From contig JAUYJY010000058.1 of assembly GCA_030699205.1 (NCBI GenBank), positions 1 through 43,027 on the forward strand: a stretch of DNA of 43,027 bases, written 5' to 3'. The stretch's first letter is position 1. The number at the start of each line of letters is the position of its first letter. Shown piece after piece: positions 9,079 to 17,189 of this stretch. A model generated the notes under the pieces. That model was not told the DNA's origin and made no database searches. It was given only the letters and a program-made list of their open reading frames with translations. This DNA comes from Candidatus Pacearchaeota archaeon. Its GTDB lineage: Archaea; Nanobdellota; Nanobdellia; Pacearchaeales; GW2011-AR1. The position numbers and the translations under genes are program-made.

Positions 9079-9456
9079 TTAACTCTGGCTAATAGAAAAC
9101 AAACTTTTTATTGCAACTACAATTGTTGCAGGAACTAACAACACCAATAATGCCCCGAGTGTAGAACTCACCAAATCTCCCACATCAAGTCCAATAATTT
9201 CTGCATCTTTCAATCCCTGCAATCCTTCAAGACCCGCAAAACTAACAATAACTAACGAAACCGCCGCAAACAAAAATGTATTAACGTCCTTTGAAGAAAC
9301 ATTAACAAATCCAACAATCAATCCAAGCACAACTAAAATTCCAGAAATCACAGGACTCAACACTCCAAAACTTAAAAGACCAACCCCCAAAGCAAGAATA
9401 ACGCCGACGAGAAATGCCCAAGCACCAAGCAAGTTTTCTTTAGATCTAATGGCCAT
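9079..9456 (-). CDS. Small integral membrane protein (about 4 TM), unknown function
   Basis: 125-aa ORF that is almost entirely hydrophobic, Gly/Val/Leu-rich helices. Confidence 0.6.
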   Translation of the reverse strand: MAIRSKENLLGAWAFLVGVILALGVGLLSFGVLSPVISGILVVLGLIVGFVNVSSKDVNTFLFAAVSLVIVSFAGLEGLQGLKDAEIIGLDVGDLVSSTLGALLVLLVPATIVVAIKSLFSISQS

Positions 9457-9569
9457 TTGTCCTCAATAAAAAGAGCAAATCATATATATAAATTTTGTGC
9501 AAGCACGCAAAGTTCGTTTAAACCGAAACATTTAAATATGTGTGTAATCAAAAAGTTACAACGAAAAAA

Positions 9570-11531
9570 ATGAGCACTCAAAAAAAAATCTTTGGCCTCC
9601 TAGGACTTTTCACATTACTTGTTGTTTCCTTAATTGGATTTGTTAGCGCAGCAAGCTTAACTATATTTAATCAAATTATTCCATCAAATATAAGTCAGAG
9701 TGCAACATCATTTCAAATTACTTTTGATTTAAAAAACACGGGATTAACAGCGGCAAACCTTAGTTGGAATGGTTCAATGCTGACATCTGGAATAGGTTCA
9801 ATAGACACATCTCAATTGCCTCTTTTCATAGGGAACGGAACACAATCAGTCCCAACAACACTATCAAATCAAATTGTAACCGTTAATATTAACGCTCTAC
9901 AAACAGGAAATATTGCAGGTATAATTGAGGTAGATCCAAGCGGGAGTGGTGATAATAGGAATTTTAGTTTTTCAGTTCCAATAATAACCCCCCAATCCCC
10001 TCTACAAATAACCACCCCCACAACAGAAATATTAGCAGGACAAAACACATCAATAATAGTAACAAACACAGGAAGCACAACCTTACCTGTAATACTTTCT
10101 GAAGTGAGCAATTTCGGTATTGTCTTCAATCCCCAAACATTTTCTCTTGCAGGTTCTGCACAGCAAACCATTAATGTAATAATGGATGCGTTAAACACAT
10201 TTAATTTTGGATTTAATAACGTCGTCGTCAAAGCAACATCCGGAACAATAACAACAGAAGAAACCTTCCAGGTTAAGAAATCCTTCTGTGATTTCGGACA
10301 GGTTGGAACAAATCTTTCTATAAGTAAAATAGATGTTCAAAACAATGGAAACGGAGAAGACCATAAATGGGAGTTGCTAGACGAAATAGAAGTTGAAGTT
10401 GAAGTTGAAAATCACAATCAAGATGATGATTTAGATGTTGTAATTGAGCTCGCATTATTTGATTCTGCGGGAAGAAATATTGCAGATGATTTAAACTACT
10501 TATCCGACTCCGATGGGGATGAAGAGAAAATTGAGTTAAATATTAACGATGGAGATGAAGAAAAGAGATTCTTCAGATTTAGAGTTCCTGCTGACTTTGA
10601 TGACGGCAATTATAAACTCGCAGTAAAAGTTTATAATGATGAAGATGGAGAAGACGTAGATTGCAGAGAAACAAGCGGAAATGATTTGAACAGAGGATTT
10701 TATCAGGAAATTGATATAGATAGAATAACAGAAAAAGATAGAATGGTTATTGTGGACGACATAGAAATAGATTCTCAAGCATCCTGCGGCGATATAGTAA
10801 CTGGAGAATTTACCGTCTTTAATATCGGAAACAGAGACCAGGACAGAGTAAAGGTTTTGATGAGAAACACGGCATTAAATTTAGACCAGGAATTTGAAAT
10901 TACTAATTTAGACGAAGGAGAAGAAGAAACAATTCAATTTAGATTTAATGTCCCCCTAAATACTGCAAATGGAAACCATAGGATAGATTTCAGAACGCTT
11001 TATGAATATGACGATGGAATTTATGAAGAAGAATCAGAAGATACATTTATTACAACGTTGGAAATTCTTGGATGCACAGGAACAACTACTCTTGGAGACA
11101 ATCCTTCAGGAAGTGCATTAATCACAGCGGCATTAACTTCAAGTGCTAAAGCAGGTCAGGAAATGACAGTTGATGCAACAATCACAAACATCGGCACAGA
11201 AACAGCAGTATATAGTGTAAGCGTCACAGGATTTTCAAATTGGGCTTCACTTTCCTCAATTTCAGAACCTTCATTTACTCTAAATCCCGGACAAAGCAAG
11301 ACAGTCGCGTTTGCATTTAATATAAACAAAGATTCAAAAGGCACACAGATTTTCACAATCCAAACAACTTCTGGAGATAAAATAGAAACCCAAGAAGTAG
11401 AAATTAATATTGAATCTTCTAAATTTGAATTTAGTTTTAGTGATAATACATGGATATGGATAATTGCAGCAATCAACATAATCCTAATAGTTTTGATTAT
11501 TGTAGTCGCAGTAAGACTCTCCAGAAGATAA
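9570..11531 (+). CDS. Secreted surface protein (653 aa) with an acidic central region and a C-terminal TM plus basic tail
   Basis: Signal peptide MSTQKKIFGLLGLFTLLVVSLIGFVSAAS and D/E-rich repeats. The C-terminus is WIWIIAAINIILIVLIIVVAVRLSRR. The start was taken at ATG 9570 rather than GTG 9540. Confidence 0.7.
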   Translation: MSTQKKIFGLLGLFTLLVVSLIGFVSAASLTIFNQIIPSNISQSATSFQITFDLKNTGLTAANLSWNGSMLTSGIGSIDTSQLPLFIGNGTQSVPTTLSNQIVTVNINALQTGNIAGIIEVDPSGSGDNRNFSFSVPIITPQSPLQITTPTTEILAGQNTSIIVTNTGSTTLPVILSEVSNFGIVFNPQTFSLAGSAQQTINVIMDALNTFNFGFNNVVVKATSGTITTEETFQVKKSFCDFGQVGTNLSISKIDVQNNGNGEDHKWELLDEIEVEVEVENHNQDDDLDVVIELALFDSAGRNIADDLNYLSDSDGDEEKIELNINDGDEEKRFFRFRVPADFDDGNYKLAVKVYNDEDGEDVDCRETSGNDLNRGFYQEIDIDRITEKDRMVIVDDIEIDSQASCGDIVTGEFTVFNIGNRDQDRVKVLMRNTALNLDQEFEITNLDEGEEETIQFRFNVPLNTANGNHRIDFRTLYEYDDGIYEEESEDTFITTLEILGCTGTTTLGDNPSGSALITAALTSSAKAGQEMTVDATITNIGTETAVYSVSVTGFSNWASLSSISEPSFTLNPGQSKTVAFAFNINKDSKGTQIFTIQTTSGDKIETQEVEINIESSKFEFSFSDNTWIWIIAAINIILIVLIIVVAVRLSRR

Positions 11532-11781
11532 GTCTATAATTCATCTATTTTTCTTCTGTAATGCGTTCTAATCTTTTTGTTTACATTATCAAAAAGTCCT
11601 TCCCCATTTTATTTTAGGACTTTTAGATGCACGAGAAATCTTTTATGGATTTCTCTGCACAGAGAATTGCAAGAGTAAGCAATTCTCTTGTGCTCGAAGT
11701 TGCATTCATCCCAGCTCTGAAGGGCAAGGTTTTCTGCATCAGCAACTTTGACATTAGAAAAATAACTTGATGGTTTAGAAT

Positions 11782-11875
11782 TATAGTCTAAGACATTTAT
11801 AATTGAGCAGTATTTGTCTTAGACTATTAGCGGAAGAACAAAAAACTGTTCAAAATATTTTGTCTTCTGCTATAT
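11782..11875 (+). mobile_element. R-type MITE-like repeat, copy R2
   Basis: tatagtctaagaca-(19 nt)-tgtcttagacta-tt-agcggaagaacaaaa-(loop)-ttttgtcttctgctatat. This is near-identical to R3, R4, R5 and R7. Confidence 0.85.
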
Positions 11876-11939
11876 CTCACTCCGGAATAATCTCGTTGAA
11901 TAAAAGAACATTTTTAACCTCTTTTATATTTGTTAATAA

Positions 11940-12494
11940 ATGAATAAAAAGACAATCAACTCTGTTTTCTTTAGATATATTCTTCTCGTTGTTTTGGGTA
12001 TTCCTAATTTATTTATTTTTTATTTCATATTAACCCCCTTAACTTTCTATCCCTCATATTTCTTCATAAAATTAATCTATGGTGCCCAAATTATTGCAGA
12101 AAACACAATATTCTTTAAAGGATATTCTGCAATAATAATCCCTGCCTGCATTGCAGGCTCTGCATATTATCTTCTTACAATATTAAACTTAACAACCCCC
12201 TTAAATTTTAAAACCCGCATTAAGAGTCTAATTTTTTTAATCTTATCTTTTTTAATTCTAAATATAATCAGAATTGTTTTTTTCTCCGCACTCTTTGTAA
12301 ATAAAGGATATGACTACTTCAATGTTACTCATATAGCGACTTGGTATTTCGGAAGCACAATATTAGTTATTTTAATATGGTTTGCAAACGTTTTCATATT
12401 TAAAATAAAATCAATTCCAGTATATTCCGATTTTAAGAACCTATCAAATAGTTTATTAAACAAACATTCTAAAAAATATATGGAGAAAAAGTAA
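11940..12494 (+). CDS. Exosortase/archaeosortase-family membrane protein (pacearchaeosortase-like)
   Basis: 184 aa, polytopic. It has an ordered Cys (IIPACIAGS), Arg (LNIIRIVFF) and His (NVTHIATW), matching the order of the family catalytic residues. Confidence 0.55.
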   Translation: MNKKTINSVFFRYILLVVLGIPNLFIFYFILTPLTFYPSYFFIKLIYGAQIIAENTIFFKGYSAIIIPACIAGSAYYLLTILNLTTPLNFKTRIKSLIFLILSFLILNIIRIVFFSALFVNKGYDYFNVTHIATWYFGSTILVILIWFANVFIFKIKSIPVYSDFKNLSNSLLNKHSKKYMEKK

Positions 12495-13160
12495 ATGTAT
12501 AATTTAATCCCTCAAATAATTGAATCCCTCGTTAGTTTAATTGGCTCATTAGGGTATTTCGGAATTTTCATCGGGATGTTAATAGAAAGCTCTTTTTTTC
12601 CTTTTCCAAGCGAAATAATTCTTCCTCCTGCAGGAGTTTTAATCGCCAGAGGAGATTTATCCCTTTCAATTGTATTTTTAATTGCCATAGCGGGCAGTCT
12701 TGCAGGTGCTTTTATAAATTATTTCATCGCCCTTCATCTTGGAAGAAGAGTCATTAATAGATTAATGAATAAATATGGAAAAATATTATTCCTAAACTCA
12801 GAACATTTAGATAAATCAGAAAAGTATTTCAAAAAGCATGGCGAAATAACAACATTCACCGGCAGATTAATCCCAGGAGTAAGGCAAATAATCTCCCTTC
12901 CAGCAGGATTTGCAAAAATGAATCTTTTTAGGTTTTCAATATTCACGATGATTGGCTCAGGAATATGGTCAATAATCCTAATTTACATTGGAATTGCATA
13001 CGGAAACAATCAAGAAGCAATAAAACCCCTCCTAAATTCAATAACTCTAATTGTTTTGTTTATTCTATTAATAATAGTTATTTCCTATATAATTATAATG
13101 AAGAAAAAAAAGCAAAACAGCAGAGATAAAACATCTCCTCAGATATCCATTACACTTTAA
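12495..13160 (+). CDS. dedA: DedA/VTT-domain membrane protein
   Basis: LIESSFFPFPSEIILPPAG and TGRLIPGVRQIISLPAG motifs. The ATG immediately follows the stop of the upstream gene. Confidence 0.8.
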   Translation: MYNLIPQIIESLVSLIGSLGYFGIFIGMLIESSFFPFPSEIILPPAGVLIARGDLSLSIVFLIAIAGSLAGAFINYFIALHLGRRVINRLMNKYGKILFLNSEHLDKSEKYFKKHGEITTFTGRLIPGVRQIISLPAGFAKMNLFRFSIFTMIGSGIWSIILIYIGIAYGNNQEAIKPLLNSITLIVLFILLIIVISYIIIMKKKKQNSRDKTSPQISITL

Positions 13161-13326
13161 ACAAATGTTACTTTATCTGTCTGCCTTTCCACATCTGACT
13201 TTCTTTGAATTACTCTATGTATTCCTCCATTGCTGAGTTGTAGATTTCTTTAATAAACAATTAGTGATTAGTGGAAAACAGACAAAAACTCTCACACCAA
13301 CCCAATATTATTAAAACATATAATTA

Positions 13327-13420
13327 ATATAGCAGAAGACAAAATATTTTGAACAGTTTTTTGTTCTTCCGCTAATAGTCTAAGACAAATACTGTTCAAT
13401 TATAAATGTCTTAGACTATA
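13327..13420 (-). mobile_element. R-type MITE-like repeat, copy R3 (inverted relative to R2 and R4)
   Basis: Its reverse complement is identical, by eye, to copy R4. Confidence 0.85.
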
Positions 13421-13564
13421 GAAGTTATTGTTAAAGGGTTTTGATACAAGTCATGTTTAGGTGATTTGGTATTTGATTTATTGGGTGATATTCATAATTA
13501 AACCCTAACCCACAATATTCATCAACAAAATTAAAATCATTTAATGTTACATAAAAAATCAACT

Positions 13565-14230
13565 TTATGTATTTGCCTGTGTTGCATCTACAACTATCTG
13601 CAATTCAAGTCTTTCCACAGCTTCTAAAATCTGACAGCTTGAAACCTGTATTTTATAACATTTTCCATTCAAGTCTATTCTTGTCTCGTTTCCCTCGGAT
13701 ATTTCAATTACAATGTTTCCAGGTCTGTTCTCGCAAGTAACCCATTCTTGTCGTTTATATCCTGCATCCCAGAAATTAAGATTTCCCCCCAAAACACTAA
13801 GTTGATTATCACTCAAAAAACTCGATAGGCTTGCAATTGCTAAAGGTCCCTGTTTGCACTGATCAATGCCTTTAGGGTCTACGGAAATAAACACAGCACT
13901 CTTTCTATCAAATGCAGTTCCTTCTCCCTCAATGGGGATTTTATCCAATTCCCTTGGATCATTTCTCAAATAAAAATTATATTTTATAAGCTTCCCATCC
14001 AATCCTTTCAGAAAATAAAAATGGTGAAATATTGGGATATTTCCAAGTTTCTCCTCTGTAAATTTAACTCCATTATACTCAAAATTATTTAAGCTCTTGA
14101 AAAAAACCCCTGCGATAACAAACACAACTGCTAAAAAAACTATAAACAATAAAATTCCTAAAAGTTCCTTCTCAAGCTTTCTTTCTTTCGCAGGCTTCTT
14201 CTCCACTTTTTTTACTTTATTTTTAATCAT
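13565..14230 (-). CDS. N-terminally anchored extracytoplasmic protein, unknown function
   Basis: 221-aa ORF with a Lys-rich N-terminus, one TM (LLGILLFIVFLAVVFVIAGVFF) and a Cys-containing soluble domain. Confidence 0.6.
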   Translation of the reverse strand: MIKNKVKKVEKKPAKERKLEKELLGILLFIVFLAVVFVIAGVFFKSLNNFEYNGVKFTEEKLGNIPIFHHFYFLKGLDGKLIKYNFYLRNDPRELDKIPIEGEGTAFDRKSAVFISVDPKGIDQCKQGPLAIASLSSFLSDNQLSVLGGNLNFWDAGYKRQEWVTCENRPGNIVIEISEGNETRIDLNGKCYKIQVSSCQILEAVERLELQIVVDATQANT

Positions 14231-14266
14231 TTTAATAAAATCTATTAATTTCCTTAGTTTTTAAAA

Positions 14267-14812
14267 TTAATTGAAGCCCAAAACCTTATACAAAAATGCA
14301 TCAACTATTCTTAAATCTCCCTCTATAAATATGCAATTTTCATTTTGAGTAACTTTATTCATCCCTGAGTCCCTCCATATAATCATATTTTCTTCACAAG
14401 TTTTTTCAGGTAAATCTCTCTCGCACTCCCCATAACACGCTTCCTGAATTCTTCCCGCAAACCTGCCTAAATTATTTGCCAATTCTGTTAAAACCGCAGA
14501 ATTTTCCGCATCAATATACAAATTCTTTCCGGAATAACTAGACAAACTCTTTGTAAAATTCAAATCACCCATTTCGGTCTCGCCTATGCTGTAAGTAAAA
14601 TAATAATTTTGCCCCCCAAATGGGTAAATCCAATATTGCCCGTCATAATATGGCTCTTCCCCGTTTTCCTGCCCTGCATTTCCCTCCGAAAGCCCGTTTA
14701 AAGCAAAACCCGCAGTGCTAAAAACCAACAAAGCTATCAAAATAATTCCCACAATAAGCTTCTTTTTCTTTTCAGATTTTTCAATTTCATCAGGACTTTT
14801 TAATCTTCTCAT
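14267..14812 (-). CDS. N-terminally anchored extracytoplasmic protein, unknown function
   Basis: 181-aa ORF with one TM (LIVGIILIALLVFSTAGFAL) and a soluble domain containing 4 Cys. Confidence 0.6.
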   Translation of the reverse strand: MRRLKSPDEIEKSEKKKKLIVGIILIALLVFSTAGFALNGLSEGNAGQENGEEPYYDGQYWIYPFGGQNYYFTYSIGETEMGDLNFTKSLSSYSGKNLYIDAENSAVLTELANNLGRFAGRIQEACYGECERDLPEKTCEENMIIWRDSGMNKVTQNENCIFIEGDLRIVDAFLYKVLGFN

Positions 14813-14940
14813 TCAAATATATGCAATTCTCAATTTAAAAATGTTTTTCATAACCTTAGAGATTAGTTTAAGGATAACTAACACATTTAATTTTAATATG
14901 CATCCAATAGACAATAAAAACTTACATCTTTCAATGTTAT

Positions 14941-14983
14941 GCTATAGGCAAGGCATTTAATTTCCGTATAGTTATGCCTTGAA
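14941..14983. repeat. H-type hairpin with a conserved loop, copy H1
   Basis: gctatag-gc-AAGGCAT-ttaatttccgtatagtt-ATGCCTT. The second copy at 41009 has the same loop core (taatttccgtata) but different, still complementary, stems. Confidence 0.5.
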
Positions 14984-15076
14984 TATAGTCTAAGACATTT
15001 ATAATTGAACAGTATTTGTCTTAGACTATTAGCGGAAGAACAAAAAACTGTTCAAAATATTTTGTCTTCTGCTATA
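14984..15076 (+). mobile_element. R-type MITE-like repeat, copy R4
   Basis: Full two-hairpin element flanked by TA. Confidence 0.85.
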
Positions 15077-15112
15077 GATAGGAATAGTAAATACGATTAG
15101 TTAATGCTTCTG

Positions 15113-15604
15113 CTATATATTTTCTCCAAATTGAAAAGAAAGCGCGTTATACTCTTTTGTGTCATAAACACAAACTCCCTTATCATTCCACAAGACAAAT
15201 TCTGCTATTCCAACATCAAGAGCCATTTTACTGCAAATAGTGCAATATGGTTCTCCAGCTCTTGAAGGTGTTCCATTATCATCAAGACGGATAAAATACA
15301 ATCTTGAGCCAGATAATTTATTAGGATTTTTTCTAAGAGCATCTATTATGGCTCTTTGTTCAGCATGAACACAACAAGTTTTATCCGTCACTTTTTTATG
15401 ATAAGAATCTTTAGAATAGGAACACCTTCTTTGCTCTTCATTGTCTTGTGGCGGACTATTAAAGCCACTGCCAATAATTTCATCTAACTGAACAATTACA
15501 GAACCACATTTTGATCTTTTACAAGTTGCGTTCTGTGCAACTTCAGTGGCTTTAGCAATATATTCAAGCGCTTTCTTTTCTTCATTTCCAGATAAGTATC
15601 TCAT
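15113..15604 (-). CDS. dCMP/cytidine deaminase-family zinc enzyme
   Basis: CVHAEQRAI (HAE) and PCTICSKM (PCxxC) zinc-binding motifs. Confidence 0.85.
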   Translation of the reverse strand: MRYLSGNEEKKALEYIAKATEVAQNATCKRSKCGSVIVQLDEIIGSGFNSPPQDNEEQRRCSYSKDSYHKKVTDKTCCVHAEQRAIIDALRKNPNKLSGSRLYFIRLDDNGTPSRAGEPYCTICSKMALDVGIAEFVLWNDKGVCVYDTKEYNALSFQFGENI

Positions 15605-15652
15605 AGGATTATAGAAATAAGTATTTATATATAAAGTTTAAGGGGGGAATTT

Positions 15653-15745
15653 AATTGCGTATAACATCAGGATTTAGAGAAGTTTTTGCGACAGCAAAAA
15701 TTTGGGTGTAGTGAGGTGCAACCGAACGAAACCTCTAAATTCTTC
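15653..15745 (+). repeat. E-type structured repeat, copy E1
   Basis: aattgcgtataac leader, then an outer helix GGATTTAGAG/CTCTAAATTC enclosing the hairpin TTTTTGC-gaca-GCAAAAA. It is homologous to E2 at 16863. Confidence 0.55.
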
Positions 15746-16114
15746 AGCCCGTCCAGTAATTCTTTTTAAAAACATGTCGGATGTCATCTCCAAAATAGTC
15801 TGGTTTCATTAATACATTCTTGTCATCAACAAATTTTTATTTGTCAAATAAGATTTCATCACTCAAATTTTATGATTGCTCAAAAGTCTTCTATTTAAGC
15901 CATTTTTGAATTATGGGGCAACCTCCTCAGTTATACGCCCCGACGACTGAAAGGAGGAGAGCACAGCGTGGTCGGAGCGAAGCAGATTGAGTTCAAAGAA
16001 TATTTTTTGTTCTCATTCATCTGATAGGCTTTTTTCAATTCTTATAAATTTGATTTTTTCTCGTTTTGAAAAATGAAGGAGGGGTTAGGGGTGAATTTCG
16101 TTTTTCAAAACACT

Positions 16115-16711
16115 TTATATTTTTTCTGGGTTAAGTTCCTCAAATTGATTTTTTGAATATATCCCAACTCCTCTCAATTTTTTTTCTTCCAAAGTACTGG
16201 TTGTGTATAATGTAACGTGTGGAAAAGGAGTTTCAAATTGTTTACCTAACAATCTGTTTAATTTTTCATAAAATTTATCTATCTTATCTATTTCGGCTAT
16301 TTGGATGATAGATTTACGTTTTTCTGGTTTTTCTTTCTGCAAATTAGTTGAATCCGAAGAGTTGTCATAGCTTTTTTCCAAAAAATAAAATTCTTGCTTC
16401 AAAGTCACATTCCATTCAAATAATTCAAATAATTCACATATCTGATCTAAGATTTTATCTTTTTCGTCCTCGGCTAATAATTCAAGTGATTTTAAAATTT
16501 CTTCTCCAGTGTCACTACCAATTATTGTAATGTGAAATTCATCTTTTTTTGATAAGTCATGCTGTTTTGCATCATTTTTTTTAGACTCTAAGTCAACCGC
16601 ATTTTTGTCAATATTTAATATAGCAGTTGCTGTTTCAGTATAGAATTTTATTTCTACTGGTAAATTTTCAGACTCACTTTTATATGACTCGTTTTTATTT
16701 ATTGACTCCAT
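16115..16711 (-). CDS. 2H phosphoesterase-superfamily protein (LigT/cyclic phosphodiesterase-like)
   Basis: Two H-x-T-x motifs (FHITIIGS and PHVTLYTT) about 105 aa apart in a 198-aa protein. Confidence 0.5.
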   Translation of the reverse strand: MESINKNESYKSESENLPVEIKFYTETATAILNIDKNAVDLESKKNDAKQHDLSKKDEFHITIIGSDTGEEILKSLELLAEDEKDKILDQICELFELFEWNVTLKQEFYFLEKSYDNSSDSTNLQKEKPEKRKSIIQIAEIDKIDKFYEKLNRLLGKQFETPFPHVTLYTTSTLEEKKLRGVGIYSKNQFEELNPEKI

Positions 16712-16862
16712 ATTTTAAAGTTATAATTTAAAATTTATAAATAATTCGTTTTCGTAACGTGGTGGAGAAAACACAATATTATCTCCCCATAATAAAAGAA
16801 AAAACAAATTTATTCCCCCTTGAAAGTCTGTTATCATTTTACATCAAGAAAAATATTTTTTG

Positions 16863-16948
16863 AATTGCGTATAACTTTCACAATTGAGAGAAGTTCGCGA
16901 AGCGAATTTTAGTGGAATGACTGCAAGGTAATGGAACCTCTTAATCTG
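16863..16948 (+). repeat. E-type structured repeat, copy E2
   Basis: Same aattgcgtataac leader. The outer helix is ATTGAGAG/CTCTTAAT and the inner hairpin is TTCGC-gaa-GCGAA, so the stems carry compensatory differences relative to E1. Confidence 0.55.
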
Positions 16949-17142
16949 CTGTTCTATTCTTCCTTTAGCAACAGGGAATAACTGCAAGTGGTTTTAACAA
17001 ACATCCAAAGGACAAGAAGGGAAAGTTTGTTAAAAATTCCTAAGAGTTTCCCGCACTAATTTGGTTAATGATAAGATATTATATTGCGGGAAATTGCCTA
17101 TCAAAGATTTCAATTAAAATCGCAAAGAAACATCTAAGAGGT

Positions 17143-17180
17143 AAAGAAAAAAAGAAAAAATAAAAAAGAAAAAATAAAAC
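17143..17180 (-). terminator. Oligo-T tract downstream of the S-layer-like gene
   Basis: The minus strand reads gttttattttttcttttttattttttctttttttcttt, starting ~10 nt after the stop. Archaeal RNA polymerase terminates at T runs. Two perfect-stem hairpins follow (16992-17035 with an 11-bp stem, 17047-17093 with a 9-bp stem). Confidence 0.5.
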
Positions 17181-17189
17181 AATTTTGAT

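Noticed and set aside
11700-11760. H/ACA-type guide RNA (helix GAAGTTGC/GCAACTTT followed by ACA)
   Set aside because: I could not build a convincing upper stem with a K-turn or a pseudouridylation pocket. The ACA may be coincidental in AT-rich DNA. The region is kept only as an unassigned structured stretch.
15959-15995. Group II intron domain V-like segment (GAGC...GAGTTC) and an SRP-RNA helix-8-like GGAGCGAAGCAG
   Set aside because: Beyond the 4-bp GAGC/GTTC closure, the helix does not pair like domain V. There is no GUGYG 5' end and no intron ORF. The SRP resemblance is limited to about 10 nt without the surrounding helices.
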